This document shows, piece after piece, positions 1 through 7,157 of a DNA stretch of 64,000 nucleotides. The notes beneath the pieces are model-generated. The model saw only the letters and a program-made list of their open reading frames with translations. It had not been told where the DNA came from and made no database searches. The stretch spans positions 47,332-111,331 of the IMG/VR virus record IMGVR_UViG_2767802067_000002; one strand, given 5' to 3'. Within the stretch, counting starts at the first letter, position 1. Every line of letters begins with the position of its first letter. Both the position numbers and the translations under genes were made by a program. This stretch comes from a virus. Taxonomy: Duplodnaviria > Caudoviricetes.

Positions 1-423
1 GGCGAGGAGCTGGAGCACGTCGTCGTCCAGGCCGGAGTAGGCCCGCCAGTCGACGTCCTCGATGGCGTCGTACAGCTGCTTGAGGGTCGCCGGGTCGTCC
101 TTGCCGGTGATGGCGTTGTGGGAGAGCTGGCGGGCGATCAGCTCGTCCTTGTGCTGCGGGTCGGAGATCAGCATGACGTCGATCTCTTCGAGGCCGGCGG
201 CCACCGAGGCGTCGCAGCGGTGGTTGCCGGACAGGACGAGCTCGCGGCCTTCCTCGTACTCGCCGGCGCCGCCGTAGATCAGGGGGACGCTGGTCAGGCA
301 GCCGTCGGCCTTGACGTTGGCCACCAGCCGGTCGAACTCCTCCTTCGTCTGGTAGTGCGCGTTCACCTGGAGGCGGGTGAGGAGCCGCGGGTCGCGGCGG
401 ACCAGGCGGGGCTTGATCGTCAT
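1..423 (-). CDS. ParB/Srx-like N-terminal domain protein (runs off the window edge)
   Basis: Hand translation from ATG at 423: MTIKPRLVRRDPRLL...NAHYQTKEEFDRLVANVKADGCLTSVPLI...VLSGNHRCDA...QLSHNAITGKDD. Has the ParB-type GxHR motif. Start overlaps the upstream stop (ATGA). Confidence 0.8.
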   Translation of the reverse strand, partial: MTIKPRLVRRDPRLLTRLQVNAHYQTKEEFDRLVANVKADGCLTSVPLIYGGAGEYEEGRELVLSGNHRCDASVAAGLEEIDVMLISDPQHKDELIARQLSHNAITGKDDPATLKQLYDAIEDVDWRAYSGLDDDVLQLLA

Positions 424-1778
424 CGGTTGAGGTCCTTTCCGTGCTTGCGCTTCCACAGGTCGAGGGCGCCGTCGAGGTCGTAGGTGCCGAGGGGGCCGCC
501 GTACTGCAGCTGGTAGGCGTGGATGCCGTCGCCGGGGTCCTTCGCGCTGGCCTGGGTGCGCTTCTGGAGCTTCACGCCGGGGATGCCGCGGCCGTACTTC
601 GCCGAGTTGGGCCGGTCGGTGAACGCCGTGGTGGACCAGGCGTCGATCCGCTTGGACAGGGACCGCTGAACGAGGAGCTGCGCCTCCTTTGTGGAGGCGG
701 CCATGACGATCAGCTTGGCCAGGCGCCGGTACCGCGACCACGACACCGGGAAGTCGGACATCAGGTAGGCGCAGTTCGGGTCGAACTTCGGCGGCAGGTA
801 GGCGAACGCGCCGATCAGCTTGCCGTCGACGGAGACGCCGCAGGCGAGCAGCGGGCTGCCGGGCAGGATGCTCTTGGACATGAACTGCGAGCGGATCGCG
901 GCGAACTGGCCGCCGGTCAGGACGTGCAGGGCCATCCGCTCGCCCAGTTCCTCGTCCTGGCCGATCTTCGGCATCTTGATCGTCTCGATGGGCTGGTGGG
1001 GCCGGACGATCCGGCGGGGTCCGGAGGCGGCGTACACGTAGATCGGCAGGCCGCGGTTGGCGGTCTGGACGACGCCGGCGAGCTGCGGGCGCAGCTCCGG
1101 GCGTTCGATGTGCAGGCCGAGGACCCAGTGCGGCCGGTCCTGGACCTGCTCGATGATCCGCTCCTTGCCTTCCTCGGTGAGGTCGCCGAACGTCGGCTCG
1201 GGCCAGGCGAACGCGGCGTCGATCGGGGCGAACTGGGCCTGGTAGTCGCCCGAGTAGAACGGCGGGAACATCACCACCGGCGCCTCGGGCGGCACCTCCT
1301 GGTCGAGGTAGTCGCGGACGTCGCCGGCGAAGAACCCGCCGAGCTTCGTCTGCAAGCCCTTGAGCTTGGTGGCGGTCTTCTCGTGCATCCGGGGCCACTG
1401 GTCCTGCGTCGCGGCCATCATCCGCCGGTAGTAGGCGCCCTCCTTGCCGACGAACTGGAGGAAGCGGGTGCCGAGCATCAGCGTCGCCATCAGGTCGGTG
1501 CGGTCATCCAGGTACGGGTGGAGCCAGCCCAGCTCGTCCTCGTACTCGGGGCGCAGCGTGAACTCCAGCGGCTGCCCGGCGAGGAACCAGCCGAGGGAGC
1601 ACGAGTACGCCTGGATGTCGTTGCCGTGGACGCGGCGGGCGTCGCCGAAGCGGGAGTGGAGCACCCGCTCGATCGTGAAGTTGCCGGAGCAGCCGACGTA
1701 GATGTCCTCCCCGGGCCACTCGCCGGCGTGCTCGTAGATGATCGAGCGGAGCGGGGCGGGGATCGAGCCACGGAACAC
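420..1778 (-). CDS. DNA modification protein: N-terminal adenine-MTase-like fold fused to C-terminal GNAT/Mom-like domain
   Basis: GTG at 1778 with GGAGG RBS. N-half has IYVGCSGNFTIE, VHGND, FAGDV and VMFPPFY (motif I-IV-like). C-half has GVSVDGKLIGAFAY...YLMSDF...RYRRLAKLIV...STTAFT (GNAT-like strand/helix order). Confidence 0.6.
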   Translation of the reverse strand: MFRGSIPAPLRSIIYEHAGEWPGEDIYVGCSGNFTIERVLHSRFGDARRVHGNDIQAYSCSLGWFLAGQPLEFTLRPEYEDELGWLHPYLDDRTDLMATLMLGTRFLQFVGKEGAYYRRMMAATQDQWPRMHEKTATKLKGLQTKLGGFFAGDVRDYLDQEVPPEAPVVMFPPFYSGDYQAQFAPIDAAFAWPEPTFGDLTEEGKERIIEQVQDRPHWVLGLHIERPELRPQLAGVVQTANRGLPIYVYAASGPRRIVRPHQPIETIKMPKIGQDEELGERMALHVLTGGQFAAIRSQFMSKSILPGSPLLACGVSVDGKLIGAFAYLPPKFDPNCAYLMSDFPVSWSRYRRLAKLIVMAASTKEAQLLVQRSLSKRIDAWSTTAFTDRPNSAKYGRGIPGVKLQKRTQASAKDPGDGIHAYQLQYGGPLGTYDLDGALDLWKRKHGKDLNR

Positions 1779-1849
1779 GTCGGCCTCCTGGTGCGCCTGG
1801 GGAAGGGCGCCGGCCAGCGGCTGACCTGCACCGGCCCGCGCGGCCAGGA

Positions 1850-1867
1850 ATGATGACACATCAGACG
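1850..1867 (-). promoter_or_regulatory. Motif CGTCYGATGTGTCATCAT, copy upstream of the modification gene
   Basis: 17/18 identical to 2098-2115. Confidence 0.55.
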
Positions 1868-1947
1868 TGGGCGGACGTTACTGGACAGTCCTGGACGGTT
1901 CCGGACGATCGTGGACGCCCGGCGCCGGTCGCCGCGGCCCGGAACGG

Positions 1948-1979
1948 GCGAAGCCCCCGCCGCGGGGCGGGGGCTTCGC
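1948..1979 (-). terminator. 14-bp perfect stem-loop just downstream of tRNA-Gly
   Basis: GCGAAGCCCCCGCC-GCGG-GGCGGGGGCTTCGC. Confidence 0.7.
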
Positions 1980-1984
1980 TGGGG

Positions 1985-2056
1985 AGCGCCAGCCAGGATT
2001 TGAACCTGGGCCTCTCAACCTGGAAGGCGAGCGTGCTCACACTGCACTACCGGCGC
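1985..2056 (-). tRNA. Atypical tRNA-Gly (anticodon TCC)
   Basis: Acceptor GCGCCGG/CTGGCGC plus discriminator U. D-stem GTGC/GCAC. Anticodon loop CTTCCAG. T-arm CCAGG-TTCAAAT-CCTGG. D-loop lacks GG, anticodon stem is bulged, no encoded CCA. Confidence 0.8.
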
Positions 2057-2097
2057 ACGCCCGGCTGCGACGCTGCACGCTCAGCCGGACAGGACAG

Positions 2098-2115
2098 ATG
2101 ATGACACATCGGACG
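2098..2115 (-). promoter_or_regulatory. Motif CGTCYGATGTGTCATCAT, copy upstream of tRNA-Gly
   Basis: 17/18 identical to 1850-1867; lies about 40 nt before the tRNA 5' end. Confidence 0.55.
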
Positions 2116-2363
2116 GTGGGGCCGGTAACGGATCACGTACGGAGCGTGTCCGGCGGGCCCTGTGGCGGCCTGTCGGGCGGGTCGTGGGAGGGGGGAGGGC
2201 ATCGGGGGGTGGCACTCTTAGACGTGCCGGAGGGGCCTTGCGGGGGCTTCACCCCTCCGATCCGGGCCGGACCTTCTGGGCAGTCGGGCGGCGCGGGAGC
2301 TGGAGAAGGCCGAAGGGCCAGGGCGCTCGGTCCACCCTGGCCCTTCGCCGCGCTCGGCGCCGG

Positions 2364-4379
2364 TCAACCCTCCCAGCAGGCGACCACCATCCCGGCCGCC
2401 GGGGCGGGTGCGGTCGCGGCCTCGGCGATGATCTCGGCCATGCTCACGTCCAGGCGGAAGCGGTGGCCGGTCATCTCCTCCGCGAGGGCATAGCGGGCGG
2501 CCAGCGCGGGCTGCAGGTGGGCGGCACGCACGAGCGCGGCCCGGGAGGCCAACACGCAGTTGCCCGTCATCAGGTCCTCGGCCAGCGCGAACGCCTGGGC
2601 GCCGGGGACGACCGCGCAGTACACCTCCTCGACCCGATCGGTCGGGGTCACCTCGTCGACCACCCACAGCCTGTCGTGCGCTTCGCGGACGGTGGCCTTC
2701 TCGGCAATCCGGTCGCGGTGGGCGTCGATCTTCCAGAACCAGTCCGGCAGGTCGGTGGCGTCCAGCGTGATCGTGTAGAGCGGCGTGGCCGCCTTGCCCG
2801 TCCCGACCCGCATCGACGTCCTCACCGGCCCGTACCCGACGCCGCACACCGCGGCGACATCCCGGATCACCTGCATCGACTCCTTGCTCGCCGAGGCCAT
2901 CCGGGCGGAGCCGTGCTCGGTCACGGTTCCGTCGGCCGCGAAGTAGCCAGCGAGCCAGGACAGCAGGAACGACCGGGACTCCCGCAAGTCCGGGCCTTCC
3001 TTCCAGAGCCGGGGCAGGCCGTAGATCCTCAGTGCGTCCTTGCCGTTCAGCCTGGTCGGCTTGGGCCGGTGCGCGGCGAAGTAGGGCAGGATCGCACCGT
3101 CCTTCTCAGCCAGGTGGATGTCGAGGCATGCGGGGCGGTCGCCCGACCCCTTCGTCCCGTCGCCGTACACGAAGCCCTGCGCGACCGCGAACGGTACTTC
3201 CCCGCCCTGGGCCAGCGACTGCGCCTTCACGCTGCGCAGCCTGGTGCCCAGGGTCAGCTCGCTGGTGACCAGCTCGACCGTCACGTCCTCGTAGCCGTTG
3301 TGGCGGCCGTCCTTCTTCGGCGGCCGCAGCTTCCGGTCCCAGGTCAGCCACCGGTGCTCGGCGGTGGCGTGGACGATCCGGGTCTGCCGCCCGCGGTGCA
3401 TCGTGATGCGCCACAGCCGCTGGACGCCGAACGCTCGGACTTCCACCTCCTTGAACGATCCGGCCCCGCTCAGCCCGTACGGAGTGACCTTCGGGATCAG
3501 CAGCTCATGTCGCCCGCCGGCGAGCTCCGCGATCGGGCGCAGCCCGGCCCGGGTCACGACCTCGGTCTCACCGGCGAGGCAGAACACGCAGCTCAGGCGC
3601 GGCATCCCAGCCTTGTAGGCGGGGTGCGGGCGGGTGCCCGCGACGAAGATCGCGGCCCAGACGTCCGCCGTTGACCAGCCGTGGATAGGCAGCCAGGTGT
3701 CCACCCACCGCAGGGTGTTCGACGCACCGTGCTGCATCCGGTCCTTGGCCGGGATCTTCTTCGGTTTGAGCCCGGCGGCCTCGGCGGCCTTGGCGGCCTC
3801 CTTCGCGGCCTCGGTGGCCTTCCGGCGCCGCTGGCACTCCGCGCACGGGCAGGTCTTCGAGCCGTCGTGGCAGAAGGGCACGAGCTTGCGCCGGGCGGCG
3901 CTCTCGTCCGCGCGCAGGCCCATCACGTTGAGGATCCGGACCACGCCGACGTGGCCGGCGGCCCGGGCCTCGTTCACCAGCATGGTGATCAGCTTCCGGA
4001 TCGGCCCGCGCTTAAAATCCGATGTACACCACCTGTTGTCGGCCGAAGGCCACATGCCGCGTTCTTCGACGCGCTCGATCAGGTTGGAGCCGACCCGCTG
4101 CACCGTCTCGAACCGCAGGCCGTAGTGCCGGGCGTGCTCCTCGGCGAGCTCCCGCACCCCGGGCCACTCGACGATCCCGAGGTCCGCGTGCACCACCACG
4201 ACCCGGTCCGCGACGCCGGCCGCCGTGGCGTGCAGCATCAGCTCCGCGAGCATCGCCTGCGAGTCCTTGCCCCCACTGACGTTCGCGATGATCCACCGGT
4301 ACGAGGCGAGGTCCGGCACCTCGGGGCGCAGCTCGACCAGGTCGAACGCGGCCTGCCCGGGGATGACTCGTCGCGCCAT
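2364..4379 (-). CDS. PAPS reductase family (PP-loop) protein interrupted by an intein
   Basis: ATG at 4379 with AGGAGG RBS. Motifs ANVSGGKDS, RWCTSDFKRGPI, GLRADESAAR, LPIHGWS, HPAYKAGMPRLSCVF. Confidence 0.9.
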   Translation of the reverse strand: MARRVIPGQAAFDLVELRPEVPDLASYRWIIANVSGGKDSQAMLAELMLHATAAGVADRVVVVHADLGIVEWPGVRELAEEHARHYGLRFETVQRVGSNLIERVEERGMWPSADNRWCTSDFKRGPIRKLITMLVNEARAAGHVGVVRILNVMGLRADESAARRKLVPFCHDGSKTCPCAECQRRRKATEAAKEAAKAAEAAGLKPKKIPAKDRMQHGASNTLRWVDTWLPIHGWSTADVWAAIFVAGTRPHPAYKAGMPRLSCVFCLAGETEVVTRAGLRPIAELAGGRHELLIPKVTPYGLSGAGSFKEVEVRAFGVQRLWRITMHRGRQTRIVHATAEHRWLTWDRKLRPPKKDGRHNGYEDVTVELVTSELTLGTRLRSVKAQSLAQGGEVPFAVAQGFVYGDGTKGSGDRPACLDIHLAEKDGAILPYFAAHRPKPTRLNGKDALRIYGLPRLWKEGPDLRESRSFLLSWLAGYFAADGTVTEHGSARMASASKESMQVIRDVAAVCGVGYGPVRTSMRVGTGKAATPLYTITLDATDLPDWFWKIDAHRDRIAEKATVREAHDRLWVVDEVTPTDRVEEVYCAVVPGAQAFALAEDLMTGNCVLASRAALVRAAHLQPALAARYALAEEMTGHRFRLDVSMAEIIAEAATAPAPAAGMVVACWEG
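2559..3581 (-). mobile_element. Intein (341 aa) with LAGLIDADG homing endonuclease
   Basis: Begins CLAGETEV. Block B HATAEHRW. LAGLIDADG-like AQGFVYGDG and LAGYFAADG. Ends EEVYCAVV...MTGN, followed by Cys+1. Confidence 0.92.
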
Positions 4380-4438
4380 CTGCTCCTCCTTCGGGGTGGG
4401 GGCCGGGACCTTACGGCCCCGGCCCGGCTGTCGGTCGG

Positions 4439-4735
4439 TCAGCTCGCCTGGTAGGCGGTCAGGTCGCTGTCGGGGGCCAGCGCGAGGCCCAGGCGGGCGA
4501 GCAGCCGGTCGACGGCCTCGCGGGCGGTGGCGCCCCGGGCCGTGTCGACGCGACCGAGGGCGTCCATCGCTTCGACGCCGAGCTCCTCGAGGACCCGCGC
4601 GCGCCGGACCGGGTCGGTCGGAGCGGGCGCGGCGTCCCACAGGGTGTAGCCGGCGCCGTCGCGGCCGACGATGACGAACTCGCGCTCGCCGGGGTCGGCG
4701 GTGCCGGTCGCGGGGGTCTGGGCGGTGGTGCTCAT
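4439..4735 (-). CDS. hypothetical protein (98 aa)
   Basis: AAGGAG RBS; GC3-rich frame. Confidence 0.75.
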   Translation of the reverse strand: MSTTAQTPATGTADPGEREFVIVGRDGAGYTLWDAAPAPTDPVRRARVLEELGVEAMDALGRVDTARGATAREAVDRLLARLGLALAPDSDLTAYQAS

Positions 4736-4768
4736 CGGGCTCTCCTTCGTGGTGGTGGGTGGGGGTCG

Positions 4769-4800
4769 GGGCGCGGCCGGATTCCCGCCCGGCCGCGCCC
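4769..4800 (-). repeat. Intergenic hairpin family H1 (loop GCGGGAAT). Copies also at ~6575-6606, 7118-7149, 9042-9078, 10503-10539, 28370-28404.
   Basis: Core GGA(T/C)TCCCGCCC on the + strand inside inverted repeats, each just after a stop codon. Confidence 0.85.
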
Positions 4801-4807
4801 GGCGCGG

Positions 4808-5281
4808 TCAGGCCGCGGTCGCCAGGCAGGCGGCCAGCACCTCCCGCGCGGTCTCGTCGACCGAGGTCGCGATCAGGTCGGTGACCGTCTCGGGGCACAG
4901 CGGGTACGGGTACTCGCCGCCGGTGTACCGGTCGCCCTTGCCGAGCAGCCGGTCGGCCTCGTCGCTGGTCAGCGCGGTGCCGTCCGCCAGGTTCCAGGCC
5001 CACAGGCCGTGCGCGCCGTCGTCGTTGACGTCCGGGACGGTCACGGCCACGACGGCGGGCGCGTCGTCGTCCAGCGCGGTGGCGATCGTGTCGAGCAGCC
5101 GGCCGAGCTCCAGCCGGTCGAAGCCGACCTCCCACTCGGGGCCGAGCTCGCCGACGGCCTGGGCGAAGCCGCCGCGCTCGGCGATGACCGCGAGGGTGAT
5201 CCGGGCGTCGTCTTCGAAGACGACGTTGAACGCGGCGGTGACGACCTGGGCGGCCCGGGCGATGGTGGAGGTGCTGCGCAT
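4808..5281 (-). CDS. hypothetical protein (157 aa)
   Basis: MRSTSTIARAAQ start with GAGGG RBS. Confidence 0.75.
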   Translation of the reverse strand: MRSTSTIARAAQVVTAAFNVVFEDDARITLAVIAERGGFAQAVGELGPEWEVGFDRLELGRLLDTIATALDDDAPAVVAVTVPDVNDDGAHGLWAWNLADGTALTSDEADRLLGKGDRYTGGEYPYPLCPETVTDLIATSVDETAREVLAACLATAA

Positions 5282-5421
5282 CGTGATCCCTCTCTGGGTG
5301 GTCGTGTGGGAGGCTGTGGGGGTCGCGTTCGCCTGGGGTCGAGGTACCTGGTGGGGCGGGCGCGACCAGCGCGGCCGACGGATTCCCACGCTTTTGCGCC
5401 CGTCGGCCGCGCACCTGCCGG

Positions 5422-6540
5422 TCAGGCCGCGGCGGCCTCGTCGCCGTTCTCCTCGGCGGCGAACATCGCGTCGAGCTGTCCCAGCTGGTCGACCTGCTCG
5501 GCGGTGAGCGCACCGTCCGGGTCGCCGACCGTGTCGTACAGTTCGACCGCCGTGCGCAGCGCGCCGCGCACTCCGAGCCCGCCGACCAGGCGCAGCGGGC
5601 CGTCGAGGTCGCCGTCGTAGTCGGCGAACAGGCCGGCGAGCTTGGTCACCTGCCCGACCTGTGCGCTGCTGAGCTGGTCGTACGGGTCGCCGTAGGAGCC
5701 CAGCAGCTCGACGGCCGCGCGCACCGCGCTCAGCACGCCCACCGCGCCGAGCAGTTCGAGCGCCCCGGCGATCGGCCGGGTGGTCGCGGCGCGCGGGGTG
5801 CCGGGCAGGGCGACGGTGAACACCCCAGTGCCGCGCCCCTCCTCCTCCCAGCCGAAGTCGCCCAGGATCTCCTCGTCGGTCCGGACGAAGGTCAGGGTGT
5901 CGGTCAGGTAGCCGTTCGCGTCGAAGGCGAGCTTGTCGAACGCGCCGTCCTGGGGCTCCGTCCACACGGTCTCGGTGCCCTGGTGGACGGCGGCCAGGGC
6001 CAGGCCCTTGGTGCGGACCGTGATGTCGGTCGCGTCCGGGTACTGCTCGCGGACGGCCATGCCGATCATCGCGAGCCCGGCCTTCATCATGGCCTCGCGG
6101 GCGCGCTGCGCGTCCTCGAACGCCCACTCGTAGCTGCCGGTGATGTCGTCGGCCTCCGCCTGGGCAGGGGCCGGGGCGGCGGCCGCGGCCTGCTGGACGC
6201 GGTTGGCGGCGTTCCGCCGCCGGATGCGGGCGATCTCCGCGACCGCGCTCCGGACTGCGCTGCGCCGGGTGTGGCCGGTGGCCCACACCTTCTTGAAGCC
6301 GTCGACGTCCCGGACCTCCCAGCCGCCGAACGACCGGTAGACGGTCACCTGCCAGTCGGTGGCGTCCTCCGCCGGCGGGACGTCCGCCGGGAAGTCGGCG
6401 GGCACGGTGAACAGGTAGCCCTCGCGGCCGTACAGGGCGTCCGTCTCGATCGGGGCCGGGCCGGGCCGGTTCGGGCCGTACTTGGTGAGCTTGACGGCCA
6501 GGTCGATGCCGTCGGCGGTGGTGGTGGTGATGGTGGTCAT
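5422..6540 (-). CDS. hypothetical multi-domain protein (372 aa); middle domain paralogous to 6614-6985
   Basis: AGGAG RBS; shared AIHQGxETVW and DxExLxDFGWE...VFTVxLP. Confidence 0.8.
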   Translation of the reverse strand: MTTITTTTADGIDLAVKLTKYGPNRPGPAPIETDALYGREGYLFTVPADFPADVPPAEDATDWQVTVYRSFGGWEVRDVDGFKKVWATGHTRRSAVRSAVAEIARIRRRNAANRVQQAAAAAPAPAQAEADDITGSYEWAFEDAQRAREAMMKAGLAMIGMAVREQYPDATDITVRTKGLALAAVHQGTETVWTEPQDGAFDKLAFDANGYLTDTLTFVRTDEEILGDFGWEEEGRGTGVFTVALPGTPRAATTRPIAGALELLGAVGVLSAVRAAVELLGSYGDPYDQLSSAQVGQVTKLAGLFADYDGDLDGPLRLVGGLGVRGALRTAVELYDTVGDPDGALTAEQVDQLGQLDAMFAAEENGDEAAAA

Positions 6541-6613
6541 CGGGTTCTCCTCTTGGCTGGTGGCTTGGGGGTCGGGGCGCGGCCGGATTCCCGCCCGGCC
6601 GCGCCCGGGGCGG

Positions 6614-6985
6614 TCAGGCCGCGGTCGGCAGGGGGACGGTGAACACCTCCACCTGGTGCTCGTCCTGCTCCCAGCCGAAGTCGCACAGGGTCTCGTCGTC
6701 GCCGTCCCGGACGAAGCCCAGGAGGTCGGCCAGCATGCGGTGGACGTCGTCGGCGAGCAGGTTGAAGACCTTGGGGTCGTGGGCCCACACGGTCTCGCCG
6801 CCCTGGTGGATGGCGGTCAGCGTCGCGTTCGCGGCGTGGATCGTGATGCCGGTCGCGCCGGGGTGCTCGGCGCGGATGGCCTCGGCGATCATCGCGACGC
6901 TGGCGGTCGCCAGGGCTTCGCGGGCGTGGAGCGCGGCGGCGTAGGCCGCTTCGCTGGCGGCGATGAGGGCGGTGGTGATGCGCAT
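6614..6985 (-). CDS. hypothetical protein (123 aa)
   Basis: GAGGAG RBS; first gene after an A-type promoter. Confidence 0.8.
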   Translation of the reverse strand: MRITTALIAASEAAYAAALHAREALATASVAMIAEAIRAEHPGATGITIHAANATLTAIHQGGETVWAHDPKVFNLLADDVHRMLADLLGFVRDGDDETLCDFGWEQDEHQVEVFTVPLPTAA

Positions 6986-7006
6986 CGGGTTCTCCTCTGG
7001 CGGTCT

Positions 7007-7053
7007 TAGTGGGTAGGCACTATGTTCAACGCCGGGGCGTCCCTGGAGTACCG
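7007..7053 (-). promoter_or_regulatory. A-type element: CGGTAC-N16-CGTTGA promoter followed by TAGTG-N6-CACTA operator
   Basis: Same architecture at 13221, 14887, 21219 and 24991. Confidence 0.8.
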
Positions 7054-7157
7054 GGGTGACGCCGGGTATTTTCAGAAAATCGCAGCTCAGCGGGCATTTG
7101 TCCTCACCCGGAGCCGGGGGCGCAGCCGGACTCCCGCCCGGCCACGCCCGGTGCGGG

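Noticed and set aside
1985-2056. tRNA-Trp(CCA) reading, or an att site
   Set aside because: Shifting the loop to centre CCA destroys the stem, and the acceptor end is Gly-type. No duplicate 3' half is visible and it is far from int.
2364-4379. Dnd/Ssp phosphorothioate system or cysH
   Set aside because: No cysteine desulfurase, DndD/E, Ssp or cys genes are visible; only family-level similarity.
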